Of a stretch of DNA of 64,000 nucleotides, positions 37,674 to 50,859 are shown piece after piece. The DNA lies in contig CM060732.1 of assembly GCA_030704615.1 (NCBI GenBank), positions 82,088,001 through 82,152,000 of the forward strand, given 5' to 3'. The notes beneath the pieces were generated by a model, which made no database searches, had not been told where the DNA came from, and was given only the letters and a program-made list of their open reading frames with translations. The DNA is from Takakia lepidozioides (Eukaryota > Plantae > Bryophyta). The translations under genes and the position numbers were made by a program. Numbering within the stretch: the first letter of the stretch is position 1; each line of letters starts with the position of its first letter.

Positions 37674-38102
37674 GTGGAGCTTGACAAACCATTGTCAGAT
37701 CCAAATGACAAGCTTGAGGAAGGGTTTTGTCCGTCGACTGGATGGAATGATAATCATGATAGACATGGAATTAGGGTTGAAAACAACAGTGAAGAAGAGG
37801 CAGACGAAGAGGACGATGTTAATCAACTCGATCCATATTGTGGACCAAAGAGTCAGAAGCCTAAAGAGCCAATGAACCCATTCAATGACATTGAGTCTAG
37901 AAATTCCGTACTTGTTTGGCCAGCAGACACGGAGACGTATCCAGTTTGGATGAGTGTGGCAATTTCAGAGGTTGTTCATGACAAATCCAGTGCTAGGTAT
38001 TGCCACATCCACGTGGAGTGGTGGAGACCTATCAAAGGTGGTGCACCCGATGATGTGGAGAGGTATAAAAATTGTTGGGACAAAGCTTGGGAGTTCAACT
38101 AG
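37674..38102 (+). pseudogene. Orphan ORF fragment, probably from a DNA-transposon-associated protein
   Basis: Acidic linker followed by a beta-rich, Trp-rich block (VLVWPADTETYPVWM...IHVEWWRP...YKNCWDKAW); upstream frame is broken by stops. Confidence 0.35.
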
Positions 38103-39444
38103 TCCAATCCAGCAACCTGGATACATACAAATAACGTTGTGTGCATAATGCGACCCCGTAAGAATACCTCTAGGTCCAGCTGCAAATATTGGGAAGATGG
38201 AGGCAGAGAAAACGAAAGCAAATCTCTATATAATTGCTGTGAACGAGCAAAGTGAGCGTGATGAAGCACAATGTAGATAGGTGGACGGGAGATCTCCCTT
38301 GATATAATGACCACTATGTACGTAAAAGTTGTGTCGATTAATATAATACGTTGGTTTCAGACATTTTAGTTCGAAAAATGCATGAAGTGCACGAGAGATC
38401 TCCCTTTGTTATGACGACATGATTTGTGAATGATAATCTTAGTGGTGATTGTATTATAAAATGTGATGCACATGGTTATTTGTACGTAACAATTGCGTCG
38501 ATTACTACAATATGATGGTTTCATGCATTTCACTTGGAGAGATGTATAAAGTGCAAAGGAGATCTCCTTTCGTTAATGGCCATATGTCACGTAGACTTGG
38601 TTATAAGAAAATTGGATGATAAGTTCGGTGCTCTGTATGAAGCAAAATAATATTAGATTGATCTGTTTCAATTTCAAAACTCCGCATAGAGACATGCATG
38701 TACCGCATGGAAGATCTCATTTCCTTTGATGACAAGTAAATTTTGTTATCTTCTCAACTCTCTTGTTTTTTCAGACATCATGTTTAATACTGTTAATATG
38801 CTTTCCTAAAGTATTTTACATGCGATTTGGATCTGAATATATCAATGTGCAAATAATTTGTCATTTGTTATTATATTTTTATTATATGCCAACAGCGACA
38901 TGCTTTAGTACCATATATAACTTCCAAATGCAAGGGGGGACCCATCGTACTATAATTATCATTTAATGTGCAAAGTACATTAATGCTATTCTATAAAACA
39001 AAATCCCAAAAATCAAATTTTAATGGTTTAAATTGATTTATAATATGATTGTTTTATTATTGTATCATTTGATAATCATTTAATACTGTTTATAAAAAGT
39101 CCAGATCTCATGTTTTAGTCCAAATTTACTTAAAACCTAATTCTTACCTTGTTCACTTACAAAGGGAAAAAAATGATTTGCGGACTAGGACTTGGTACGA
39201 CATTATACACTCATGTGAGGATGGTTGCATCTTTTTTCGCAATAACTATGTTAATGTCGAAACATGTCCAATTTGTACCAAGAGTAGTGTACCATGAGTA
39301 GTGTCCCAGGAAAAGGTCATGTACCATGAAAGGTTTAAGGTCTTGAGGCATACCTAGGCTTAAGAGGATGTATAGATGCAAGAAGATGGAAATGTACTTA
39401 GGAAAGGGTGGATTTGACTTGAGAAGGGGAGGCTGCAATTGCCC

Positions 39445-39830
39445 CATGCATATTTCAGATCAGATAGTGGCAGTGGCATGGGTTGACAAGAAGTGTATCA
39501 ACTTGTTGTCCACTGCTGGCAGCCATATTGATCCTAATTGTTATATTAAGGCATAATAAGGCATAATAAGGCAAGACGCCTTGTGCCCGTCTTCCCTGTG
39601 GTGAAACACTACCAAGAACATATGAGGGGAGTGTATGTTCAAGACCAATTACGTGGATATTATAGTGTACAGATCTGTGACCACAAGTGGTGATACAAGC
39701 TGTACTTCCATTCTGTTGACAATACCATTTTGGTGAATGGCTATGTCATGTACCACTAATTTATGGCAGCAAGGGGTCACACCCCTTGATCACATTTGCT
39801 TTTCAATTTAGAGGTGGCTAATGATTTGAT
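39445..39830 (+). pseudogene. piggyBac-type transposase fragment, C-terminal core
   Basis: AVAWVDKKCINLLST...VVKHYQEHMRGVYVQDQLRGYYS....KW*YKLYFH...LVNGYVMY. Confidence 0.8.
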
Positions 39831-39864
39831 TGGTGGGTGGGTTGGCGCGCAGGCCGCTTAGACA

Positions 39865-40835
39865 CCTCATCTTGCCTCATGATATCCAGCAAGATATTCT
39901 TTCCAGTTTTGCTTTGTCAGAATTCAGCTGAATCTGATAAGAAACGATCAGTATGGTCTCCGAGAGTCTTAGATTGAACGACAGTAAGCTCTTTGGACAC
40001 TTCTTTTGCGAGAATACACTCGGTAACACGGATCTCTTCATGCACAAGAGCTCGGCTTTTCTTTTTTTCCATAATTAGTAGAGCCTCCTTGTATGTCAAT
40101 GGTCGGCCATCAATTAGTTCACCAAAATTATGCGCTGAATTGCTCGATCAATCACTACCTTATCAATCTGATTATATTTGGCATAAGACTTCGCATCTCG
40201 GTGACTAGTAATTTGCATACCGTACTCGACAGATACTAAGGCCTCCTCCATTTTTGTAATCCAACTCCACGACCGCTTTTACTCGTAATCGTCTTTCCAA
40301 TCAAGCAATATGATTGCTCACTTTCTTTGTGATGGCGCTCAATGTGTTCTTACCAATTGGACTCTTTGAAACCAAACAAGGTCAGAAGGCTTCTACCTCA
40401 TTTTTGGACTAGAAAAAAAGGGCGAGGCACTTTTTTTAGGTAGTATTCACTACGGGTAAATACAAACGCATCGACATTGACTGCAGAGCGGGAAGCACTG
40501 GCGGAAAATGCATCATCAACTAGACAGGTGGAACTTAGCTGCACGTAGTATGGCATCTTCCATGCATATAAATGATAGCACAAGCTTCTGTAGCATAGCT
40601 ATAGCTAGCTCCTTACGAGTTTGGCTTTCTCTCTTTTCTTCGGCCTGTAACGTTACAAGTCTTGCTCAAGGTAAGAAGGGCCATGCTTGTTATGCATGTA
40701 GCTGTTATACCCAATCTAATCTTACTATCAAACTACAAACTATCGTTTGCATAGTTTAGCTTGATTAGTATGTGTTCTTCTTGATGTCCTGCTACAATAA
40801 TTCCTTCACCTTTCCACCATCACTCCACACTGGGT
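39865..40835 (-). repeat. Inverted homolog of 25735-26275, with an internal insertion, cut at 40835 by the gypsy-MTase element
   Basis: 40809-40835 is approximately the reverse complement of 25737-25762; homology stops exactly where TGTCATGG begins. Confidence 0.75.
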
Positions 40836-43260
40836 TGTCATGGTTTTAGTCATGACTTAGTTTATGTGATTGAGTGGATTCATGAGTGGAGGGTTTCCAT
40901 TATGTTCACTTTCGTTATAACTACAAGAAGATGAGCCTCCTCCATCCTCACAAGGGGAAAACCTATCCCCGTGTCCTAAATGAGGCTCGACACCTCACTT
41001 GGCATGTGAGACCAAATGAAGTCCCAACACACAAAATATAAATATAAATATCTAAAATGTCTTAGTTAACTAAAAGTGGGCACCCTTGCTAAGGGAATCC
41101 ACCCTACAAAGCCATCACCACACTCCCTCTCAATACCTAGAGCTATGGAGGTGAGAGAGTTGGGTTAAAAACACCATAGAAGGAGTACAACAAGGATAGC
41201 TTGAGGAGCATTGAGTAGCTCAAGAGAAGCTAAGAAGTGGTTGTTTTATCCATGGTGAAATGAAGCCAAGTGGGGTTTCATTTGGTTGACAAACAAGCAA
41301 GCTAAGGCGCTAGAAGGGAGTGCTTTTGCTAGTCTATGAGTTCTTAGATTGCTCTTGGTGAAGCAAGTGGTTGACCAAGCAAGTGGCGCATGTGTGGAGC
41401 ATGCTTTCCAAGTGCAGCTTCCAACTTCAAGCTTGAGGAGAGCTAGAAGGTGAAGAGAACAAGTCATTCTTTTGTGTATGAGGTGATGCTTATGTGGAGC
41501 ATGTGTTCAGCCCATTGAGGCTTCTATTTTCAAGCCTTGGAGAGCAAGAAGAAAGGAAAAGGGCTGGTTTCCACTTAGGTGAAGGAAAAACATTTGTAGA
41601 GCACATGTTTGAGTTGGGGTTTCAACCTTAAGCTTGAGGAGAGCACGACTCTTGAGCTAGCAAGTGAAGGGACTTGAATCTTCCTCTTTGCATGAGAGGG
41701 AGATGTATAGATGCTTGGAGAAGCAACACATAGAAGCCAAAGAATGGAGCATGTGTGTGGATGGCCAAAGGAGACACATGAATGAGTGCAAGACTTGGTT
41801 GCTTGTCAAATGAGGTAAAAAGCTTGATTCTTGAGCTCCAAAGAGAAGTGAAGCTTGTTGTGTGGCAAATGCATTGCTAGGTGAGATGGAATCAAGCTTG
41901 GTTGTGGCTTGAGGTGAAGAAGATCAAGGTAGTTTGCCTTGGTATCTCATAGAAGTCATGGATGCTTGAGGAGAGCAAGCATGAAGCTCAAGGAAGCCCA
42001 AACCCTAGCTTGGAATGCACAAACCCTAGCATGAGATGCACATGAAACCCTAGGTGCATGGGAACAGTCACCAAAGTGTGGGAACAGTCACTGTAGTCTG
42101 GGAACCGTCACCGTAGTCTGGGAACGGTCACCAAGGTGTAGGAACGGTCACTATAGGCTGGGAACATACTGACATATAAAGACAATATAGGGTTTTCGGA
42201 GGATTTTCAAAGGCCTTTTAGAGGATTGTTTGGGGGATCTTTGGGTCATTTGAGGAGCTTTTGTAAGGCACTTTGAAGAGGTATTTGGATGACTATTTGG
42301 AGGCCTATTTGCGGTCTTTGAAGGCCAAGTTTTGGCAAGTTTTTGGAGCCTTGGAAGGCTATGTGGAGGACCATTTGGGGTCTTTGAAGGCCAATATTTG
42401 GCAAGTTTTTGGAACCTTTGGAAGGCTGTTTGGAGGGCTGTTTGGGGTCCTTGGAGGCCGATATTTGGCGAGCTTGAGGAGTCTTTGGCGACTTGTTGAA
42501 GGACTATTTGGGATCCTTGAGGGCCGAGATTTGGCCGGCTCTTGGGGCCTTGGTGTACTGTTTGGAGTACCATTGTCCAAGCTTTAGGAGTCTTAGTGAG
42601 ATTGTTTGAGAGACATATTGAGGGATCTTAGAGAGTTATTTGAGAGATCCTTGAAAGGTCTTGTCTATTGCTTAAGCAAGAGATTGTGGAGATTGGGTAG
42701 TGGGATGAAAGCATGTTGTGATAGGAATTGCCTTAGTCTCTCTTCCTTGTAGTCTTCCACCCTCTCTGTAGGCCAAAACCTTTCCGTAGGTGGAGGCAAG
42801 AGTCAGTCCGGGTTTGGGCTAGGGTGTCTTGCAGAAGTGACATTGTGGAGTGTTTTTGGTGTGGGGGAGTTACTGTTTTGATTTCCTTGTGCTTGGATCC
42901 CCTCCACACATGCATGCTTGACTGTGCATCATGTTAGTTTTGTGTGGGTGCTTGTTTTCATAGGAGGTTGGTCCGGATTTGATCACTGGTCAATCCTAGA
43001 GCGTGCTGTCGATGGTGAGGCTGGGGTGATGACCAGCCATACCATCATTGTTCTCTTATGGTGAGGCTGGGTTGATGACCAGCAGACCATAGGAGTGCTT
43101 GCGGTGGATGCAAGTGCAAGTGCAGGTTTATGTTATGAACCTAGTAGTCTAAGCCATAAGCTGCAACAGGTTCTCTACCCGGTTACCTTGTGGAAAGGGG
43201 GATTAGAGACAGGTTTACAACAAGTATGGTTGTGAGTTTTCATCACGGAGGTATCACCAG
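40836..43260 (+). repeat. Probable 5' LTR plus leader (3' boundary and PBS unresolved)
   Basis: Begins TGTCA at the breakpoint of an older repeat. Non-coding. Contains AAACCCTAG telo-box-like motifs, 20-bp tandem repeats (42060-42170) and a ~35-bp duplication (43012/43058). Confidence 0.55.
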
Positions 43261-43272
43261 TTGCTGAGGAGA

Positions 43273-46200
43273 ATGCCGGTACGAGCACCAGCGATACTAG
43301 TGGGTATACAAGACGAGGTGTGCGGTTTAGGCCACCTTCACCTTCAGTGTCTTCTGAGGAAGGTTCAGACTCAGAGTCAGGAGGATTCTCGCCGAGGGTG
43401 CAAATCATTTCCGTGCCATTGTTGTGGGACACGATGGAAGAGATGTATGGAGCTATCAAGGGGCCACGTAGGTACTCTGGAGCTGTGGGCACCATCAAGC
43501 TTGATGACTTCATACAAGAATTTGACAGTTGGTGTGATTTGCAGCAAATGCACAATCCACAACTGTTTACGCCCTTTATGGCGTGGAAGGGACTATTCCA
43601 GCAGCTTGAAGGGCCGCCCATGGATGATTACCATGAATTTAGGCAGGGACACGCGGTGGAGATTGAGGAGTGGCGAGAGTATTGGTCACCTAACTATGTC
43701 TCCATCACTAGAGGCACAAGGGCAACGGTGACACCAGTAGTTACACAAACATCTCCAACTACAAGCACTAGTAGTGGGACAAGTGGTACAGGAGCTGGGA
43801 AATCCACTCAAGATCCTGCTGCAGCACCAGCACCCGTGCCTGCCTTTAACCTAGTTATGGAGTTCTTCGAAGAGTTGAGGAGAAACTACCAAGGGATAAG
43901 GACAGAGAAGTTGCGAAACTTGCAAGAGTTCTAACGAAGGTCTACTGAGAGTTTGAGGGAGGCTTACAGCCGCATGAGGCGCTTGATAAACGTAACCCAA
44001 GGGGTTACAGAAGCTCATGCAGTCCAGTTCTGGTATGGGATCCTGGACAAGGAGCTGAGGAGAAGGGTGCGGGATGCAACTCTCCTACAAGTGGACCAAC
44101 CCACCTTAGTAATTGTGTTTTTGTTGGCAGAGCGGATAGAGCTCAATATGGTGGAGGAGCGAGTGGTCATGGGGGGTTTGGCAAGGAGACACAACGAAGT
44201 GGGGCTCCTAGCCAACAACAACCACTATCTCAATGTGTTCAAGGCAACAAGGAGGCTCAGGTAAAGCCGAGGGAAGGACAGAGAGGATCTCAGATGCAGA
44301 GGTCTCTTCCATCATTCTCAGGCCAACAACAGTCGGGTGTGACTTGTTGGGATTGTGGAGGACCCCATGTCAAGAAGGATTGCCCGGAGAGAGGCAAAAG
44401 GTCGGCACAGGCACAACCTACACAACTACAGTGTGGGCATTGTGGAAAGTATGGGCATGAGGAGGCCCATTGTTATGGCTTGCATCCTGAGCTATGGCCA
44501 GGCCAGTTCCAAGGGAACAATGGTGGCCGAGGACAAGGCAATGTAGTCTCGAGAGGTAGAGGAGGCAGAGGTCGGGGTGGAGGTCGTAACCAAGACCAAG
44601 GAGCACTACAACAGATTGTGGCTTTTACGACTCCCATGGGTGCGCAGTCATGACAGATTTGTGGCAGAAATGCCATTTGTAGTCGTAAAATGCTTTTGAA
44701 GTCATAATGCAGGTTTGGGGAAGGCGTATATGCGACTGCATGGCTCCGGACTCTGCGGAACACAGGTCAAACATGTTTGACCACGAATATTGGCATGGCA
44801 AATATGACTACCAGTCACGATCATGGCTACACTAGAATGACGTGTGTATATTGCTAGAAAGACATATGACTTCATGACTCTCATTCTAATGCATTCTGCC
44901 AGATCATCACATGGATGAATCACTACATGACTGCACATGTCAACACATGCTTTTCTGGTTATATATATAATATATGAGTATTTATATTTTGAAAAAACGG
45001 AGACTCTGACCACTAGAATCAATTTTTTTTTAAACAAAATGCAATTTTAAAAAAAAAAAAAACACATCGGCTGGTAAGTGCACAGTGTGTCGCCCTGGTG
45101 GTTTGGGGTTCAAACCCGCTGCCTTATCCCGTGTGTGGGATTGTTCGTGACAGTATGTCTAGGCGTTGATCGTCCTGTACGTCTTATGGCCCATAAATGA
45201 AGGCGGGTGAATTTCCCCCCCTCCTCAAGGACCTGTGGTTTCCTTTAAGAAAAGAAAAAAAAGAAAAAAAATCAAAGAGGGGCTTTTAGGGTTTACAAAA
45301 AGGTTAAAAAACTTAAAAAGTTGCCCATCACGGTAGCGTGAACAGACTTAGAGCGAGCGGGAGGGAGAGAGAGAGAGGGTTGGGACTTAGAGCGAGCGGG
45401 CGGGAGAGAGGGCAAACATGCATGGGAGGCCCGCCGTTGGATCAACCTTCGCATTTGGAGCAAGCAACCCTAGAAACGCTACGGTATGTGTGCGAGGAGG
45501 TTTCGGCTGGGAGCCCGCCGTTCTTGGGAGAGTCAGCTTCGTCTTAGCAGGCCGTGTTTCAATCTCTACCCGCTCGGCCCTGATTTTACAGCACGGAGCA
45601 GAGCTGGCATGAGTTTCTAAAAGATCCTTCACGATGGTGGGACAACCGCAATCGCAAGGTGTGGCTTTTTCTTAATGTACGATGTGAAGAAGTTTGTCCA
45701 TCCTGCAAATGTGGGTTGTTGGCTCCTGTTAGTACCATGATTTGGTATTCTTCCTGATGTTTACAAGGTTCTTGGGAGAGTTAGCTTGGTCTTAGCAGGC
45801 CGTGTTTCAATCTCTGCCCACTCAGCTGCACCGTGGTGGTTCTCACTGACCAATCCGACATTACCTGACTACAGAAACAAGCAGCACACTGAAGAGGTCC
45901 TCTTGGGTTCATGGTCAGTCAAATCCTCCATGGGCCATGACACAAGGTCGAGGACAATGTGGTGAGGGCACCTTCTTCTTCGACCTATTTCAGCCTGTTT
46001 TGCCCTCTCATCAGACTCGGCCCTTCATTTGCAGCACGGAGCAGAGTTGGCATGAGATTTTTAAAGATCCTTCACGATGGTGCGACAACCGCAATGGCAA
46101 GGTGTGGCTTTTCCTTAATGTACGATGTGAAGAAGTTTGTCCATCCTGCAAATGTGGGCTGTTGGCTCCTGTTAGTACCATGATTTGGTATTCTTCCTGA

Positions 46201-48630
46201 TGTTTCAAGGTTCTTGGGAGAGTCAGCTTGGTCTTAGCAGGCCGTGTTTCAATCTCTGCCTGCTCATCTGCACCGTGCTGGTTCTCACAGACCAATCCGA
46301 CATTACCTGACTACAAGACACAAGCAGCACACACAAGAGGTCCTTTTGGGTTGATGGTCGGTCAAATCCTCTATGGGTTCTTCTTCGACCTATTTCAGCC
46401 TGTTTTGCCCTCTCATCAGACTCGGCCTTGAGATGCATATTGAATTATGTAAGTTAGCTCGTTGCTCATTGATAAGTAGGGTTGGGGGTGTTTGCTGGAA
46501 TGATTGTTGTATGCATGATTTTGTGCAGAGGCATAGATAGCTGAAGGAGCAGGGATAGAGTGTGGAAGAGGGCCAGATTTCAAGCTCCAGATTATCTATG
46601 ATTCCCTGTGGAAGGATAGATACAAGAAACCTGCATGGGTAGATGGTCAATTGGAAGCCGCAGCAGCAGCAGCACAATTGATAAAATCAAGCACTGCTAA
46701 TAAAGGCACCTTCTTCAACACATTTCACCCTGTTTTTCCCTCTTATCAGAACCGGCCCTAAATTTCAATGTCTCCAAGTTAGCTGGTTGAGTGAATCTAG
46801 TTTGGAGTGACTTTGACATGATATTGCCAATGTGACAATAGGAAAGTATCGAAAAACAGTTAACGGAGATGAGGGGAAGCTGTGGAATGAATACTTTTCT
46901 GACCCCAGTCAATGGTGGGACAACCGAGGCAAAAAGGTAAATGCCTGTTGGATTACAGAGAGTAACAGATGCAATTGAGAATAGGAACTAGTGTGGTAAG
47001 TTGAGTTGGGTGTTTGCTGGAACAAATGTAGGCTGTCATTGTCAGCTGCTAACAGCAATGCAAGGATATATGCATGATCTATGCAGAGGCATGGATAGCT
47101 GAAGAAGCAGGGATAGAGTGTGGGTCCAGATCATCCAAGAAAGCCGGATTTCAAGCTCCAGATTACCGATGATTCCCTGTGGAAGGATATTTACAAGAAA
47201 CCTGCATGGGTAGATGGTCATGGGTAGATGGTAGATAGTTTGGAGTGACTTTGATATGATACTGCCAAAGTGACAATAAAAAAGTATCCATAAACAGGTA
47301 ACAGTAGCAGATGCAATTCAGTACAGGCACTAAGGCAAACTCTCCTTCCCCGTAAGGGTGTGTTTTGGTATCTGAGCGAATAAATATTTTATCTAAGAAT
47401 ATAATTTCAAAAATTCGTTATTTAATAATGTACCACTGTCCCATGTTGGTCAGTAATAATAATTATAATAACAAATAATTATAATAATTATTTTAGTAAT
47501 TATAATAACAATAAAGTAAATCTACAACCCCCAACAGCGACACGTGTCAATTGACATGATGAACCACGTGTCAAAATCACGATGCGACACATGCTGACGT
47601 CTGATTCCCTCCTCTGCAGTCGGATGGCGTCGCAGTCTGACACGTGGCGTGTTCTGTAGAGAGCACGTGTCTCTATTACACAACGGCTGACATGGACCCG
47701 TTCAGTCATTCAGTAATGCCAGCGTGTATGACTACCCCCACAGCTGCTCTGGCGCCACGTGACAGCCAGCCTGGCGAGTCATATCTGCCATGTCACAACT
47801 GACTAGGTCTTTACGTCTGCAGAGTCAGGAAGTCGTAAATGGCTTCCATGACTGCATTTGCAGTCATAACACAGAGACGTAAAAGCCGCAATTTGTTGTA
47901 GTGGAGCACAGGGTCAGGGTCAAGGTCATGACCAAGGCATGGTGGATAGACTTGCCCAGCTAAAGCAATATCTTGCTGCCATGGCCACTACTCATGTTGC
48001 GCCAGCTCCAAGGCTCGAGGTTCAAGCCCCACCTGCACAACCTCCTATGCCTAGGGAAGACCAGATTGGTATGGGCTTCATGTGTGGAGCCGCACTTGCA
48101 GGGCCATTGCATGTATTGGACTCTGCTGCTGCTGTCACTCGAGCAGCAACGCGTGCTCCTGAGCCAAGAGGAGCGGATGTGGATTTTGATCCACAAAGGG
48201 GGGAAGCGAGTCGTCGTGTCAGAGGTAGAGCCACGAATACCATTGAGGAGAGTTGGTGTGGCTCGGGAAATGCTAGTGGGTGGTACTGCAAAGCAAGGTG
48301 CAGTCAGTACATTGTTGGGGGTGGCTACGGCGATTTGCCAAGCTCCATTGTTTTGTGCAATGACCATTGCAATGTCGGGGATTCGACCAGCTGCTGTGTT
48401 CAGACTAGCAGCTAGACTATGTGAGAGTGGTGATGCATCAGCACTATCTGCGGAGATAGTAGATAAGGTGCAGTCTATAGATGCTTTGGATTCGAGGGTG
48501 AAGTCAGCCACAGCAACGCCATGGCAAGCGGCAGCTGCAAGGTTGCAGGAGTTGCCAGCTAGTCCAGTCATTGAGCGCAGCATGGTGACTCCTGGGGTAT
48601 TCCTGGAGGACAATCAGGATGGAGTGTTTT
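43273..48630 (+). pseudogene. gag: Gag of the gypsy-MTase element (two Zn knuckles), split by CACTA copy B
   Basis: CWDCGGPHVKKDC and CGHCGKYGHEEAHC plus an RGG-rich tail; removing 44604-47906 gives in-frame NQDQGA|QGQGQGHDQGMVDRL. Confidence 0.75.
44604..47903. mobile_element. Non-autonomous CACTA element copy B, 3300 bp, TSD GAG, inverted relative to copy A
   Basis: TIRs CACTACAACAGATTGTGGCTTTTACG... and ...CGTAAAAGCCGCAATTTGTTGTAGTG; GAG at 44601-44603 and 47904-47906; PDF-motif cargo at 45600-47330. Confidence 0.95.
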
Positions 48631-48659
48631 AATTGGGTGGCCCAACCGGGAGGAGGTAT

Positions 48660-49000
48660 AGGCCACTGCGGGTTTTGTTGGACTCGGGAGCACAGCCATT
48701 GATGTTGGGGAGAGCAGCAATTGTAGGCTTGGACCTCACAGAGGCGGATTTGGAGCCTTGCCCTTTCCAAATTCAAACATCTTTGGGTGGTTCAGAGAAG
48801 ACGTGAGGGATTACATGCCATGAGCTCTTCATTCGATTGCAGCCAGATCATCCTACGGACGGCTCAGTCATGAGAGCTAAAGCCATTGTTACAGACGCGA
48901 TGTCCTATGATGTGCTTGTTGGTAGGGCTGTGTTGTACCCCAGGGGCTTTACTTTGGACTTTTGGGAGGAAACGACATCCTACAGGCCGGAATGGCAGTC
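48660..49000 (+). pseudogene. Aspartic protease of the gypsy-MTase element
   Basis: RVLLDSGAQPLMLG (DSG at 48681-48689) and YDVLVG. Confidence 0.8.
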
Positions 49001-49389
49001 AGGGGATGGTCGACCTGCACTGCTCCCAGTGCGGTTTATTGGGAATATAGTGGTCGATCATAGGAACATGATGCCCACATTGGCTGCATTCTTAGGGGTG
49101 GTGGCTTGGGATGGTGAGCTCTTGGAAGAAAATAGCCATGCAGATGATAGGCCACCACCTGATGAGGACAAGCAATTGGCATACAAGGCTGAGTTGTTTC
49201 CTCATGTTCATGTGCACAGCTCATTGTGGAATACAGTTGGAGATTTGCAGCGAGTGGCAAGCCAGTGTGTGCAGCAAGCATGGCAGGAGGCCTTTCCATC
49301 GGTAGGTGAGGGGAGTTCAGTTACATCACCTGGACCTCCTCAATTAGCTCCATTGGACACAGTGCCTATTATCTGGCAACAACCTGACT

Positions 49390-50340
49390 CAGGCATTTGT
49401 TTGCTAGACCTGTTTGGAGGCATGAGCACTGGGCTTGCATGAGTGTTGCAAGCAGGAATCAAAGTACGCAAGTACTTGTATGTGGAGAAGGATGAGATTG
49501 CTCGGCGTGTTTCCATGCGCCATATTGCCTTGCTCACACATCAGTATCCTGAGTTGTTGCCTCTCAACAATTCAAGGGTACCAAAAGACCTTGCCAGCAG
49601 ACATTACCATGCTGGGGGCGGAGGATTTGGATCGGCATGATCCCATTGACTTGGTGATAGAAGGGTGGCCTTGCCAAGGATATTCACCCGCAGGTCATGG
49701 TAATGGTTTGCAAGATGCACGATCGCATCTGTTTTGTGAGATGTTGCGAGTGTTGCGTGACTTGCAGGTGAGGTAAGTGCAACCTCCAGCTTACATCCTA
49801 GAGAATGTTCCTCTCATGGGGGATTCTCGGGCCAGGGTTATGGTCAGTGTACATCAGATCCGGTCATGGATTGGACCAGCTGTATTGTTGGATGCAGCTG
49901 CAGTGGGTTCACGGGCACATGGGCCTAGGTTGTGGTGGACCAATCTTGCACCACCAGAGTTGCTCAAGCGAGCCTATGATTCCATTCAACAGCCACCCAA
50001 CCTCACGGTTGAGGGCATTTTGGACCAAGGGAGGCAACCACAGAGAGTGCGACATGATGATCGTCCACCTTTGGCGGTGGTCAATCGAGTGGGGCAGCCA
50101 CGTGCAGCCTTGCCTACGCTCATGAGCTTTCCCTCGTCTCATGCTTTTCGAGACAATGGTCCTGGGTTGATTTGGGACAGTATGCTACAGCAATTGGTGG
50201 AGCCCAATGCGGATGAGCGAGAGCGGACAATGGGATTTGCCATGGGCACTCTGTCATAGGCATCACGACGCCAAGTGTTGGGTCAGGCAATGGATCTCAA
50301 TTGCTTGACATGGGTCATTGGCTTGTGTATGGCTGAGCAA
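49390..50340 (+). pseudogene. C5-cytosine DNA methyltransferase domain (DNMT3/Dcm-like) within pol
   Basis: Motif I LLDLFGG (49401-49421), II YVEKD, IV IDLVIEGWPCQ (GWPCQ 49663-49677), VI YILENV (ENV 49801-49809), VIII SRAHGPRLWWTN, IX ERERTMGF, X RRQVLGQAMD; stops and frameshifts present. Confidence 0.92.
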
Positions 50341-50859
50341 CGGAGATTGCAAGCATTGGTGGCTACTTCCGCACTCCCATTGGATATTGCACCCTCTCTG
50401 CCAACCGAGACGGTGGAGGCAGTGAGTGGGGGCAAGCACAGGATCATGGGGTGCAAACACCCATGGAAGATGAAGGATGAGATGCGCAAAGAGAGAGTTA
50501 TTGGATCTCTCAAGCAGCAGTATGAGGAGTGGGGAGAGCCATACACTGAGGATCAGTTGGAGGCCAAGGTGGCTAAGGGTTTTGAAGAGGTTAACGATGT
50601 TTCTTCCCCAGAGGATGTTCTCAAGGTGGCTATGGCGGAGCAAGTGGAGGCTATGCCACAGTCAGGGTGGGCGGACAAGACCCAAGAGGTTGCTATCTAG
50701 CAACCAAAGGATGCGTCTGCTACCTCCAAGCCTCGTGTACCCAAGGTTGTAGTCACTGAGGACAACTGGGAACCAGATGTTGGACCTACAGTCACCGGAG
50801 GAGAGAGGCGGAGGATCCAACGATTTCTAAGGGCATATAGAAATTGCTTTGCCTTCGGT

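Noticed and set aside
49390-50340. Bacterial contamination or restriction-modification operon
   Set aside because: The MTase is collinear inside gypsy pol and decays with it; the other MTase has spliceosomal introns.
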